From the IMG/VR virus record IMGVR_UViG_3300049215_000686, positions 64,001 to 128,000 of that record: DNA of 64,000 bases, one strand, 5' to 3'. The notes below the pieces were generated by a model that worked only from the letters and a program-made list of their open reading frames with translations, did no database searches and was not told where the DNA came from. The stretch is from a virus. Shown here piece after piece: positions 16,450 through 26,780 of the stretch (positions within the stretch are counted from its first letter, which is position 1; the number at the start of each line of letters is the position of its first letter). The translations under genes and the position numbers were made by a program.

Positions 16450-17108
16450 TAAAATTCAGGTCCTTCCCTTTCCATTTTTGAAAGTTGTAAAAGTAGTTCT
16501 TTTTGGGCCTTTTGAAACGCATCCGTATCAACACCCGGATTGAGCCCCGATGGAATAGACTTATTCCCCATTGGCTTTGCGCTACCTGGATTAAACATAA
16601 CTGGCTTAGAAGGCGCAACGGCCACGGGCTGAGGTACTTGGGTTTGTCGTTGAAGAATGGTTTGCGCTAAAACCTTAATGGCCTGAGTTTCTTCAACCGT
16701 AAATCCAGAAAGGCTAAGAGATGTTTTTGGAGGAGCAAGGATCTTCTCCATCATTTCATCAACCCAAGCCAGATATAAAACAGTAATCATCTCTCGAATG
16801 GATTCATCTGAAACTTTTGGGGGCCGATTCCTGATTTTTCTAAAAGCATTCAAAACAGAGATCTTCTCATCCAAAGACATTTGTTCAATGTCTTTTATTG
16901 ATCTCGTTCCCACTGACTGAATAATTTTAGATACTTTCTTAGGCTCTCCATCGGAATGACCTGATCGCACTCCGGGCAATCCGCTGACTCCAGAAATATC
17001 GGGGACCGTTGTGGCAGGATCAGTTCCCTGCACCTCGGGCACTCCACTTGGGGTTCCCCCGTCTCGGGATGAAGATAAACCGGCAGTTGTCTCACGTTTC
17101 TTTCCCAT
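16449..17108 (-). CDS. hypothetical protein (start uncertain)
   Basis: ORF track; ATG 8 nt after TATAAT. Confidence 0.55.
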   Translation of the reverse strand: MGKKRETTAGLSSSRDGGTPSGVPEVQGTDPATTVPDISGVSGLPGVRSGHSDGEPKKVSKIIQSVGTRSIKDIEQMSLDEKISVLNAFRKIRNRPPKVSDESIREMITVLYLAWVDEMMEKILAPPKTSLSLSGFTVEETQAIKVLAQTILQRQTQVPQPVAVAPSKPVMFNPGSAKPMGNKSIPSGLNPGVDTDAFQKAQKELLLQLSKMEREGPEF

Positions 17109-17131
17109 ATGTCTTCATTATACAAAACCGC

Positions 17132-17983
17132 CTATTTTAGCCTTCCACTCCGTTGCCTGGCAAATTCGTCATGAGATTTACTGATATAGACCTTTTTGTT
17201 ACCTGAGAATCCCCAGCCCGGCTTGAGTTCCTGAAGAATAAAATGGCGCTCATTCGGGTGGGTGTTATCTATCGTAGGCTTCCAATCCCGTCGCTTACGC
17301 CCAATATTCGATCCGCCCGCAATCAGTTCACTCATTTTATAGACACGCGGCGTTATACCATCATTCCAAAACCAAAATTTCTTACACTCATCACAAACCG
17401 CGCCATCCATGGGACCGACTTTATAAACCACTATCTCTTCAGGGGGATTCTCCTTGTTGTTGTATAAGATCGCGTCCATGGCTCCGTAATTGGATGCCCG
17501 AGCAAGTTCCGTATCCACAATCAACTTCCAACGATTCCGCCATTCCTTGACCGTATCGTTGAGTGCATGGCCTAAGTATTTTTGGGCCTGATCCTTATCT
17601 CGAAGAAGATCGTAAACGTGAGCGCCTTCTTGTCGATTAGTGAACGGCATGAGTTGTGCCTCGATTCTTCCCAACAAATCAGAAGTGAATTGCTCAGCCG
17701 CCTTATCCGCATATCTGGAAAACATCCTTTCCAAAAAATCAATTGCACCCTCACGCACATCTTTGGGTGCCGGAACAACGGAAGACTGAGAATGAGTCGT
17801 CAAATAAGACCTTGCCACCGCAGCCTTAGGGGCCTGAGCAGAAGTAATCAGCCCCGAACGAACCAAATCCTTCAGTTCCGCTCGACTTAAAGCGTGCGGC
17901 CCAACCGAGCGGTATTTTAACCAAGAAACGAATCTCTTCATCGCTTGGGTAATTTTAGATGCGGTTTTAGGTTTGAGCGCCAT
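17132..17983 (-). CDS. head morphogenesis (MuF/gp7-like) protein
   Basis: IVDTELARA, VCDEC, HPN motif; follows the portal. Confidence 0.75.
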   Translation of the reverse strand: MALKPKTASKITQAMKRFVSWLKYRSVGPHALSRAELKDLVRSGLITSAQAPKAAVARSYLTTHSQSSVVPAPKDVREGAIDFLERMFSRYADKAAEQFTSDLLGRIEAQLMPFTNRQEGAHVYDLLRDKDQAQKYLGHALNDTVKEWRNRWKLIVDTELARASNYGAMDAILYNNKENPPEEIVVYKVGPMDGAVCDECKKFWFWNDGITPRVYKMSELIAGGSNIGRKRRDWKPTIDNTHPNERHFILQELKPGWGFSGNKKVYISKSHDEFARQRSGRLK

Positions 17984-19998
17984 TATTCAGGTTTCTTCTT
18001 GTCGTCATCTCTCTCGCCGACATCGTCTTTCAAGGCTTCAATAATATCTTTCACCAAGAAATTCGCTCCACGTTCGAAATCAGAAATAAGCCCTTCTCTT
18101 AGCCGGTCGATATGTTCGGCATTGGCTTCAGATTTTGCATCAGCCTTACTGAGGTTCTCGTGGAAACTCTTAAAGAGTTCTGGATTGGCTTCAATAAACC
18201 GATCAATTGCCATAGACTGTCCCTGGGCTTGAGCCTGTTGCTCCATGTGACTATCCATCGCTTGTTCATGCTCAGCCTTGCGATCCATCTTTTTGGCTTT
18301 TTTAGGGTCTTCGGGGCGTTTTTTAGGTTCCTCAGGCGGCTCTTTCTGCATTGAGGCTTCGGCTTGTGATTGTTGCTGAAGCATCGTCATCTGCATTTGC
18401 TGCCATTGGAACCAAAATTGATCAGGGATATATTGAAGATCTGGACGATTCGAAGCACCCGGAATATTCATGAACTTCTCCATAAACATCCCTTTGGGCA
18501 TATTCTTCTCAAGATACTGAAGCAAAAGAGCATTCAGAATCAATCCGCCACCTACTTCAAGAGGCGTAAGGTCGGCTTGTTTTCGCGCTTCGTCGAGGGT
18601 TGTGTGCAACTGGACTTCGTTTTGAAGACGCTGAATTTCTTCATTGCGAGTCTCAGCATCCAGCCCCACAAAACAAATCTGATAACGCTCCGCATAATCC
18701 CTTCTCCATGCTGGAAGGATGTCTTCATTAAGAATTTGTTCCAAACGATTCAAAAGTGGGCGCAAGCCTCGGTCTCTGGAAGCGGTGATTTTCCACTCGT
18801 TTGAACTCTCCGAAAGCGCTCGCTGCTCTACTCCCTTTGAAAGGTAACCAAAGCCGGTTTCTTCTGGATCGATCGCAAAGCAAGAATGAATCGTCCGAAT
18901 CACGTGATCCTGATAAGCCGCATATTCCATGTCGCGATTAGTGGCCGTAAGCGGCTGCCATTGAACGGCTTTAATACCGGCCAAAATAGGCGTCCGCCAA
19001 GCCGATTGCGGACCAGTCGTTTGCTGCGTCCATTGAGCCTGAAGCGTTCGCATTTGATTCGGCGTGACATCGCCCTGAATAACTAAAAGCCCTTTAGAAG
19101 CGACGCCGTGCGTAAAAAACATCTTTTGATGGTTTTCGATTTGAAGGTGAGCCGTGATCATCGAAATCGCGCGCTCCAAGGGGCCAATCGAATAGCCATT
19201 TAAATCAATATCGGTTTGAAGGGCGAACCGAGCAAAGATCAATTCCGAAGCAGTAAACCCCTCCACGACCTTGCCATTGATCACTTGCAGCCAAGTATAA
19301 TCGTGTTCTGGGCTTTCAAAATCTTGGCCTAGATCTTCACCATTCATTTTTCGATATGCTTCTTTATAGGAATCGATCGTATTTTGAATGGTGTTTTTAT
19401 CGATTAGTTTTTTATTAGCGTAATAAATCGTCTCAGCCGGAAGAGGCAAGAAGGCGTAAAGATTACCTTCCATATCGTGAACCTTTTCAATCGTGCAATG
19501 TCCATATGTAAGCATGTCAAAGGCAAGGGCATATGCCAACTGATCCAATGTCAGCGTATCGTCCTTGGATCGATTATCGGTTCGGCCTGTATTTAAAATA
19601 AATTCTTCAATCTCTTTGACTTCTTCGGCATTACCTTCCACTACGCCGTCCCGAGGTTTGACCTCAATGCCGGTATCAAAACGATTCGAAGGCATCCTAC
19701 AAAATGCAGCGACCTGAGTGGCTCGGGTATGAAGGATCGTTGAAACAATGGGATCTCGGCGAGAAATCAGTTTTAGGATCAGATTTGATATAAATCCTGA
19801 TCCCGCACCTCTTGGCTTATAAACTCCCCCAGAATATCCAACATCAGTGAACGGATCGAAAATCAGACCCTTTCGCCCGTAACCGTCTTCTTTCAACCGT
19901 TTTTCAAGGGGTTCGCCGCTTTCAGGGAGATTATATTCCGCCAATCGGTCATCAAGTTGCTGTTCAATGACTCCTGTGATTTGGTTAATGATACTCAT
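17983..19998 (-). CDS. portal protein
   Basis: IL.TR..QV..F, GYSIGPLE, FFTHG..SKGLL, DMEY, FAIDPEE.G, GLRPLL. Confidence 0.92.
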   Translation of the reverse strand: MSIINQITGVIEQQLDDRLAEYNLPESGEPLEKRLKEDGYGRKGLIFDPFTDVGYSGGVYKPRGAGSGFISNLILKLISRRDPIVSTILHTRATQVAAFCRMPSNRFDTGIEVKPRDGVVEGNAEEVKEIEEFILNTGRTDNRSKDDTLTLDQLAYALAFDMLTYGHCTIEKVHDMEGNLYAFLPLPAETIYYANKKLIDKNTIQNTIDSYKEAYRKMNGEDLGQDFESPEHDYTWLQVINGKVVEGFTASELIFARFALQTDIDLNGYSIGPLERAISMITAHLQIENHQKMFFTHGVASKGLLVIQGDVTPNQMRTLQAQWTQQTTGPQSAWRTPILAGIKAVQWQPLTATNRDMEYAAYQDHVIRTIHSCFAIDPEETGFGYLSKGVEQRALSESSNEWKITASRDRGLRPLLNRLEQILNEDILPAWRRDYAERYQICFVGLDAETRNEEIQRLQNEVQLHTTLDEARKQADLTPLEVGGGLILNALLLQYLEKNMPKGMFMEKFMNIPGASNRPDLQYIPDQFWFQWQQMQMTMLQQQSQAEASMQKEPPEEPKKRPEDPKKAKKMDRKAEHEQAMDSHMEQQAQAQGQSMAIDRFIEANPELFKSFHENLSKADAKSEANAEHIDRLREGLISDFERGANFLVKDIIEALKDDVGERDDDKKKPE

Positions 19999-20645
19999 TT
20001 TTCTTCACTCCCCGTTCCGCCAAACAACGTCCCATCACAAAGGGAGCACCCTCTGATGTAGGCAAGCCCGATCAAAACGGCATCACAGGCATCGTTCATA
20101 TTTAGAGGAAGTTCGTAACCAAAATGTTCCTTAAAACATCGCAACGCCGCATGCTTACGGGTAATTTTTCCAACCACTTTGCCATCGATTTTGGCGAGCC
20201 GTTGACCGGTCTGTTTTTTGATTCTGGAGATTTTAACGTTGAGTCTTTTTTCTTCGTCATTGAGGTTAGCCCCAACTTTCGAGCGCCAAATACCAGTTCG
20301 GATATAACTGACCCTAACTTTTTTGGACTGTAACCCCGTAAGAACAGCATAATGGATAAAATCCAGTATCTTTTGGGAATATGGGTTCTTACCGGCTGTG
20401 ACCTCTTCGATCACCACTTCCACGTCAGGATGATTAACCTGAATCAGTGAAACTTCAGAAACGATCCTAATACCAACGTCTTTGGCAAAATCGGTGTAAT
20501 TAAAAGGATATTTTCCGTACTCTTTGATCTGCTTTTTCGGAAACAAGGTCTCAAAATGAAGGCTTTTAATGTCGCCATCTTTGATATGAAAGCGCGCGAT
20601 TCCAGACTTTGTTGAGAGATCAAGAGACACAATGGTTCTTTCCAT
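19995..20645 (-). CDS. RuvC-like Holliday junction resolvase
   Basis: SLDLSTKSG, VVIEE, WR..VG, DACDAVLIG. Confidence 0.85.
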   Translation of the reverse strand: MERTIVSLDLSTKSGIARFHIKDGDIKSLHFETLFPKKQIKEYGKYPFNYTDFAKDVGIRIVSEVSLIQVNHPDVEVVIEEVTAGKNPYSQKILDFIHYAVLTGLQSKKVRVSYIRTGIWRSKVGANLNDEEKRLNVKISRIKKQTGQRLAKIDGKVVGKITRKHAALRCFKEHFGYELPLNMNDACDAVLIGLAYIRGCSLCDGTLFGGTGSEEK

Positions 20646-21566
20646 TTATTCCGCAAAAAAGACAAAGCCGGTAGCCACATTGATTCCCGGATTAAAAAGG
20701 TTGAGTTGATAAATCTTTCCACGCTTCAAAAGTATTCCAGGGTTTCCTGCAAGATCACCATTCACGGGAGGCTCAATTACAACACCACTTCCCGAGTCCC
20801 CGTTGAATTGGGCACTCACCACATGATCAATCGCCAAAAGCATCCATTTGATGGCCTCTGGATAGATGACTACTCCGGTCGTAATTCCTGAAATCGTTTC
20901 TTCAATTGCGGCTGGATTTGAAAACTGAACGAATTCATCAGTGACTCGGGTGATTTTAAATTGACCTTGATTAGGAAAACTAAAATTAGAATTGCTAATG
21001 TCTAAAACATCTCCCACCTGAACTGGGCCACTGGAGTAAACATCGACTTGACCCACAACCGTTTCTGCCATCCCAATTGGATTTACAAACTCGATATAAT
21101 CCGAGCCCTTATTTACTATGACAAAATCTCCTTGGTTGAAGGTGTTGAAAGGAGATCCAAGGGTCACTCCGTCTCCGATTTGAATGCTGGCAAAAGTCGG
21201 GGCGGTCCCTGTACCGCTAAATTTTGCCTGGATTATCGAATTCGTCTTAATGATTTGCCATTCAGTAGTTCCATCACCATCGAGTCTTCCCGTTCGCTGT
21301 TCCAAAGACGCCTGGAGTTGAACATCAGAAGAACCCGGTACTTGCGCAATACTAAACGAAGTCGCTCCGTTAAAACTAATCGAGCGCGTCACCGACATGA
21401 TGGCCTTTGTTTCTCCTGGAGAAAGAGTCACCGGAACCATTTGAGGAGAGTCAGTGGGCATTCCCAACATCGACCATTTCAGATCCGTAAACTTCACAGA
21501 AGGATTCACAGTCTTTAAGGCATCTGCATAACAGACCAAATTTAAAGAAACATTAATCAGTGACAT
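20646..21566 (-). CDS. putative virion structural protein
   Basis: Beta-rich; duplicated GD.L....F...NQG.F.I motif; strong SD. Confidence 0.55.
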   Translation of the reverse strand: MSLINVSLNLVCYADALKTVNPSVKFTDLKWSMLGMPTDSPQMVPVTLSPGETKAIMSVTRSISFNGATSFSIAQVPGSSDVQLQASLEQRTGRLDGDGTTEWQIIKTNSIIQAKFSGTGTAPTFASIQIGDGVTLGSPFNTFNQGDFVIVNKGSDYIEFVNPIGMAETVVGQVDVYSSGPVQVGDVLDISNSNFSFPNQGQFKITRVTDEFVQFSNPAAIEETISGITTGVVIYPEAIKWMLLAIDHVVSAQFNGDSGSGVVIEPPVNGDLAGNPGILLKRGKIYQLNLFNPGINVATGFVFFAE

Positions 21567-21606
21567 TGCAATCTCCTGTTAGGATTGTAAGCCGGAATAT
21601 TTATAA

Positions 21607-23448
21607 TCAAGTCCAACTCCACAATGGCCCGCTTGGTTTAAAGCCTTCTCCGTCCGAATCGACCTGTCCGGGCTCCCGGTTATCCATGAACTGAAGGCCA
21701 TGTTCTCTGGCGATTTGATCTAAAGAAGGGATGTTTGACTCAGTGCGTCCAGTGGTCGGGGTATGAAAATCAGAACCGACTTTCATTCTCATTCTTCCAA
21801 AAAGCCACCAAATCATATAACGAAGGGGATCCAGATAGTGGTCATTGCCCTCTTCCGGGGGTTCGTTGTCCAGGATCTTGCCGGTCGGATCCTGTTTCTT
21901 CTTATAAATTTCGAATTCTTCAATAATCCCTGGAATACCAGGAATATTACTTTGGAGATCGGGTGCCAAAAAGATTCTTGATTGCCCATTGGTCCCCGGA
22001 ATCCTCAAAAGCCCCTTAACGAGGTTTAAGCCCAATGGGATAGATTTATCGATTTCATCAGTCGTAGGAAGTCCGGCTTGCTTTAAAAGCGCATTTCCAG
22101 AGCCATTCGCCAAATCAGGGCAATACATTTGAATATCATATTGTCGGTGAACGGTTGTTCGAATGAGTTCAATGAATTCTGGATCTGGAGTAAAAGTTCG
22201 ACCAACCGCGTCGATAATATAACAATACTCTCGCCGATCGACTGCCATCACCACGCAAGTCGAAGGACTTGACCAACCCCAGTCCACTCCAGCATAAAAA
22301 GTCGCTCGCCGTCTTTTAAGTTCAGCAATAAAAGAATCTCGATTAGCAAAAGGGTTTTCCTCACCCGTTAAAACTTTCCACATGATGTCCCATCCCGGAA
22401 CATGGATTTGACGATCAAACTCAAAGTAAATGAGTCCTTCCGAAGAAGGTTTCATGGACATAATTTGGGCAACACCCCAGTCCCATGAACCAGACATTCG
22501 GATTTTGTTAATTACGTCATCGATTTTTCTTAACAAAACGCTCTTACTTTTTTGTTTCTTAAGATCACCCAAACAGAATGCCGCAATTGGACACTCTCGG
22601 CATTTATCAAAAGTGTCATCGGTCCGCTGAAACCCGTCCGTTTTTCCGGCAGGAAGACCCATGAATTCTTGTTCAGTAAATTTAGTCCCTTTCAGAGGAT
22701 GGACATAAAGAGGAGTCGGAATAGTCCCGGATCGCTCATCCGGACATCGTTCGGTAGAGTCTAATGTGGTCCATTTCAAAACCTCAATTCCGGTTTTGGC
22801 AGCATCTCTGAGTTCTTGCTCGGCCAGAGAATGCCCCTTTTGGCGGGAAGTAATCTTCACAATAACGCCGGGCTTGCCTTTGGTTGAACTTCCCACGATA
22901 CCGTGAGCATCCGCATAGGCCCGAATATTCGAAGGCTCCATAGAAGAAGCCAACTCGTCAAAAGTCAAAAGAGAGCAATGCGCGCCTTGCACGGCTTTAG
23001 GGGTTGCCGGAAGGACTTCAAGGCCAACATCTTCACCGTTAATATTAAGCCTGATTTCTCTCGTATTTTGTTTAGTAATCGATTGCCGAATCAAGAGTTC
23101 CTTATTGATGAATTTTTCTAGATAGTTTCTGGCACGAGATGCCTGTTGAGTCGTCATCGCGATATGAACCGTATTTCGGCAATCGTGAAGAAAGGATAAA
23201 AGATCGATGATCGAAAGGCTCAAAGTTTTCATTGAATCTCGACCTGCAACAGCCAAAAATCCCGCAGAATCTCCGTCCATAATCGCGCGATAGACTCTCC
23301 AAACAAAATCTAAAGGATTGCTGTTTGAAAAACGAGAAATGGTCTGATTCGGAAAATCAAGACCTGTATATCTTTTAATCCATGCCTTAAGATGCTCCGG
23401 ATCCCCGCAAGGACTCATAAGCATTTGCAGTTCGCTGATGTTGCTCAT
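21607..23448 (-). CDS. terminase large subunit
   Basis: AGRDSMKT Walker A variant; LTFDE Walker B; GVDWGW and NDHYLDPLRY nuclease motifs. Confidence 0.92.
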   Translation of the reverse strand: MSNISELQMLMSPCGDPEHLKAWIKRYTGLDFPNQTISRFSNSNPLDFVWRVYRAIMDGDSAGFLAVAGRDSMKTLSLSIIDLLSFLHDCRNTVHIAMTTQQASRARNYLEKFINKELLIRQSITKQNTREIRLNINGEDVGLEVLPATPKAVQGAHCSLLTFDELASSMEPSNIRAYADAHGIVGSSTKGKPGVIVKITSRQKGHSLAEQELRDAAKTGIEVLKWTTLDSTERCPDERSGTIPTPLYVHPLKGTKFTEQEFMGLPAGKTDGFQRTDDTFDKCRECPIAAFCLGDLKKQKSKSVLLRKIDDVINKIRMSGSWDWGVAQIMSMKPSSEGLIYFEFDRQIHVPGWDIMWKVLTGEENPFANRDSFIAELKRRRATFYAGVDWGWSSPSTCVVMAVDRREYCYIIDAVGRTFTPDPEFIELIRTTVHRQYDIQMYCPDLANGSGNALLKQAGLPTTDEIDKSIPLGLNLVKGLLRIPGTNGQSRIFLAPDLQSNIPGIPGIIEEFEIYKKKQDPTGKILDNEPPEEGNDHYLDPLRYMIWWLFGRMRMKVGSDFHTPTTGRTESNIPSLDQIAREHGLQFMDNREPGQVDSDGEGFKPSGPLWSWT

Positions 23449-24062
23449 TTCTTATCCGCCTCTGCCATTAAGGCTTTCTTAATGTCATCAGCCCCGTTTT
23501 GGGTAAGAACGATTTCGGGCTTATCTTGATTATTCACAGTCACCGAGACAAGAGGAGTCGATTTGTCAGTCAAGTTTTTATCTTGAACAGGAGAAGTGAT
23601 CTCCTTCAACATGCTGATCAAGTAGCCATAAGAATGAATATTGTCGGGAATGATCTTTTTAGGGGCCTCATTCTTGTCTGGATCTGCAATAAAATTAAGA
23701 ATTTCTTTTCGATACTTAACGTGAGTCGCCGTGATTACATCCGCCAAAAATCGAATACTTTCCATCCTAGCGGAAAGAGCCGCGTTTAAGGTCTCTTGCT
23801 GCACGACTTTACGGTATTGGGCGCGAGTGTCGTCCCAGTTATAAGAGATCTTTGCCCATAAAAGAACTTCGATTGGATATTCTGGGAACCATCGCTTAAT
23901 GTCTTCGCAAGAATAGCCCAAGCAATAAATCTCGCCTAAGCGTTCGGCTTTGTATTTAGCGAGCCCCGGTTTCCCGTCCTCAATCCAATTCGAAAGGAGT
24001 TTAGCCTCTTCTTCAGTGAGCCCCTTTTTTACAAGATCGGGAATTTGATTATTCGATGACAT
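23445..24062 (-). CDS. possible terminase small subunit
   Basis: Helical N-terminus; directly upstream of TerL. Confidence 0.4.
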   Translation of the reverse strand: MSSNNQIPDLVKKGLTEEEAKLLSNWIEDGKPGLAKYKAERLGEIYCLGYSCEDIKRWFPEYPIEVLLWAKISYNWDDTRAQYRKVVQQETLNAALSARMESIRFLADVITATHVKYRKEILNFIADPDKNEAPKKIIPDNIHSYGYLISMLKEITSPVQDKNLTDKSTPLVSVTVNNQDKPEIVLTQNGADDIKKALMAEADKK

Positions 24063-24540
24063 GCACTTCCACCTGATATTGAGGCGGCAAATATTCTTTT
24101 GCCAAAACCTTAATATTTTCTTCTATCCCGTAAGGAGCCCCGGCCTTCGCCAATGCCAAAAAGGCCGCCTTTTTTAATGTGGGGTTTTTGATCGTTTGCT
24201 GAACCTTATTTAAGGCTTTCCATTTAAGAAGGGCGCCTGGTTCTAATTTTATTTTATAGGTTACTTTAGGATTCTTGCCGTTATTAGCATCATCGCGATC
24301 AATCTCAAGAACGACGCCTTTGTGATAAACGCCTTTTTGGGAGTATGCATAAAGAAGAAGCGTATCAATCGCGCTTTCTGGGATGACTCCGGCACTGACC
24401 AGCCATTGTTCGGCCAACCATTGCTGAGAAGTCTCATTCAAAAATAAGGCTTCCTGCGGAGACAATAAGTCGCTCGACTGGCGTTCTCCATTTCTTTCCT
24501 TGTATAAAGGATTCAAGTTTTTCACGTTTTGTCTTTCCAT
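24049..24540 (-). CDS. hypothetical protein
   Basis: ORF track. Confidence 0.55.
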   Translation of the reverse strand: MERQNVKNLNPLYKERNGERQSSDLLSPQEALFLNETSQQWLAEQWLVSAGVIPESAIDTLLLYAYSQKGVYHKGVVLEIDRDDANNGKNPKVTYKIKLEPGALLKWKALNKVQQTIKNPTLKKAAFLALAKAGAPYGIEENIKVLAKEYLPPQYQVEVHVIE

Positions 24541-25444
24541 GATTTCCTGGGATATTCACTGCGCCTCTTTCCGGTATCAGCGCATCCACTACCCGTCTTG
24601 ACCCAGAACGGAGAGCCTTGGCTTTCGGAGTCTTCCAAAATTCGGCGATCTCCATCGGAGTCCCTCGGCCCATGATTTTATAAGAACTCTTAGGATTGGG
24701 ATTCGGCAAAGCCTCAAGTAAGGAATCCACGAGCGGTTTGGAAATGTCTTGAGGCTGAATCACCTCAAATCGAGGCATGTCCAAATCATGCTCCTTAATT
24801 AAGGTGTATCCTGTTTGGCTTAAATGGATCGTAAATACCCGCTTTTCTTGACCCGCTTCACCAAAACTGTGCTGAAAAGGCGTACCAGGATACCAAACAT
24901 TTTGAATTTGCTGACGCTTATGAACATGACCCGAGATCACAGCCCCCAAATGGGCAACGCATCCAGGATCAACTCCATGGGGATCAAAATACCCATTTTC
25001 AAAAGTCGCCCCTGTAAATGATTGATGACAGAAAAGAACAGACTGCTTCGGTAAAGACCGACAAGCCAATTCAAATTCCTTACTATCTCTAAAAAAAGGA
25101 AGAAAATAGACTCCAGCGAAACAAGAGGGAATTTTACTATCCACAACTTGAATCTTTCCTTTAAAGACCTCAAGGGCATGACTTCCGCCGCTTTGACCTG
25201 CAAAATCATGATTACCGACAAGCGTGATCACTTGGGTTTTGTTGTGAACATGTTGGAAAAACTCATTCCAAAGGCTTAAAATCTCACTCCTCACCACTGC
25301 AAACGTATGAAAGAGATCTCCAAGTAAAATCAGCGTTTCATGCTGAATCGACAAATCGTATAACCGCTCAATGAACTTTCTTCCGTCATCAATGCGCTGG
25401 ATTTGAAGATGGGGATCTCCAACGATTAAACTCTTAAGTCCCAT
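24434..25444 (-). CDS. SbcD/Mre11 (gp47-like) nuclease
   Basis: GDPH, LGDLFH, GNHD, CHQ, SGHVH, YPGTP. Confidence 0.9.
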   Translation of the reverse strand: MGLKSLIVGDPHLQIQRIDDGRKFIERLYDLSIQHETLILLGDLFHTFAVVRSEILSLWNEFFQHVHNKTQVITLVGNHDFAGQSGGSHALEVFKGKIQVVDSKIPSCFAGVYFLPFFRDSKEFELACRSLPKQSVLFCHQSFTGATFENGYFDPHGVDPGCVAHLGAVISGHVHKRQQIQNVWYPGTPFQHSFGEAGQEKRVFTIHLSQTGYTLIKEHDLDMPRFEVIQPQDISKPLVDSLLEALPNPNPKSSYKIMGRGTPMEIAEFWKTPKAKALRSGSRRVVDALIPERGAVNIPGNHGKTKREKLESFIQGKKWRTPVERLIVSAGSLIFE

Positions 25445-26303
25445 TGGCGTCGTCTACCAATTCGATCCCATCCGAAGTGATCTTCAAAAAGAAATCTTTA
25501 CGGCCAGGGTTCATTTTATCAATATGGTTCTTGAATAACTGCCACTTTACGATCGCGCCCTTCCTGACCTTCTCTCCATCAACAGTTTTTTCTAACCACT
25601 TCACACGACTCGTTTGATAAGTAAGTGAAGAAAATAAGTTGACCGCCTTTCCTCCGGCATTCGTTTTCCCATGAGACCCGATATTATCATAAGTGTAATT
25701 CACGATCAAAAAAGCGATGTTTCCTTCGTCTCTTTTAATGACCATTTTATTCAAGCCCAGGCGATTAATCTTCCCCTTACTTCCAGGCTGCTGAGAATGG
25801 GTCACCATATTCATCTCGGCATCATGCAACCCAACCGTATTTCCAATTGAGTCAAAAACGACCAACAATTTACCATCGGGATTGAGTCCTTGTGCGGCAT
25901 CAATCGTCTGAAACATGGCCTCAAAAGCATATTCGGCTCGCCCATCCTTAATCAGACAAATCTGAGTAGGATCTACTCCCCATTCTTGAAGATCATGAGT
26001 CGTCGTCTTTCCTTCGGTCTCAACGTAAATAATTCCATAACCCTGAGACTGTGCTGCTTTCATAGCGACAATGGCTGCGGAAGTTTTACCTGAATCAGAA
26101 TCTCCGGCAATCATCGTGATCCTCCCAAGATAAATCCCACGAGTATTAGTCGCCGCTTGCCACCATTCCGGCATTTCAATACATTCACCCGACTTTGGGT
26201 CAGGAAGATCCGATCCAATTCCGATACATTTAGCCAAATCCGGGTCCGTTTTACTCAGTTTCTTTTTGAGCGTTTCTGCTATTTCAGCCATGTTAAATGC
26301 CAT
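25434..26303 (-). CDS. recA: RecA/UvsX recombinase
   Basis: GRITMIAGDSDSGKT, YVETE, VFDSI, AGGKAV.LFSS. Confidence 0.88.
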   Translation of the reverse strand: MAFNMAEIAETLKKKLSKTDPDLAKCIGIGSDLPDPKSGECIEMPEWWQAATNTRGIYLGRITMIAGDSDSGKTSAAIVAMKAAQSQGYGIIYVETEGKTTTHDLQEWGVDPTQICLIKDGRAEYAFEAMFQTIDAAQGLNPDGKLLVVFDSIGNTVGLHDAEMNMVTHSQQPGSKGKINRLGLNKMVIKRDEGNIAFLIVNYTYDNIGSHGKTNAGGKAVNLFSSLTYQTSRVKWLEKTVDGEKVRKGAIVKWQLFKNHIDKMNPGRKDFFLKITSDGIELVDDANGT

Positions 26304-26706
26304 TGCTACGAATCTCCTTTTGAATCTGAGAGTAAATTTGTCGGTATAAAATGTGAGCGTTATTAAAAATGTCGTAATGCTGTCTTAAAAAATCGATATC
26401 GTTCTGAAGTTCTGCCGCCTTCTTTGTCGCTAAAACATATTCAGGATCGGCTTCGGCAATGACCTTTCGTTCAGTGATGTTCTTCCCTTCAGCCCGAATA
26501 ATAGCCAATTTATAAGCCGTACTTTGCTCGGCAACCGCACCGACATGCTGATTTGAGAATAGATGCCGCATATGGGCCACATAGGAGCATGCCCGGAGAA
26601 ACTCAATAGCCCGGAACTCTGCCTCATCCGGGGTGACCATCTTCTTTTCTTCAGATATTTGAAGAAGATCAATGAAACGAGAAAGTGTTTCGCGAAGATC
26701 CGCCAT
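26293..26706 (-). CDS. UvsY-like recombination mediator
   Basis: Helical; ERK..AEADPEY motif; between SSB and RecA. Confidence 0.6.
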   Translation of the reverse strand: MADLRETLSRFIDLLQISEEKKMVTPDEAEFRAIEFLRACSYVAHMRHLFSNQHVGAVAEQSTAYKLAIIRAEGKNITERKVIAEADPEYVLATKKAAELQNDIDFLRQHYDIFNNAHILYRQIYSQIQKEIRSNGI

Positions 26707-26780
26707 AATCGGGTTCCAATAAGAGTTGATTTAGAAAGAGGCCGACCCATAAAGAGCCGGCCCAATTCAGGGAGTCGATC

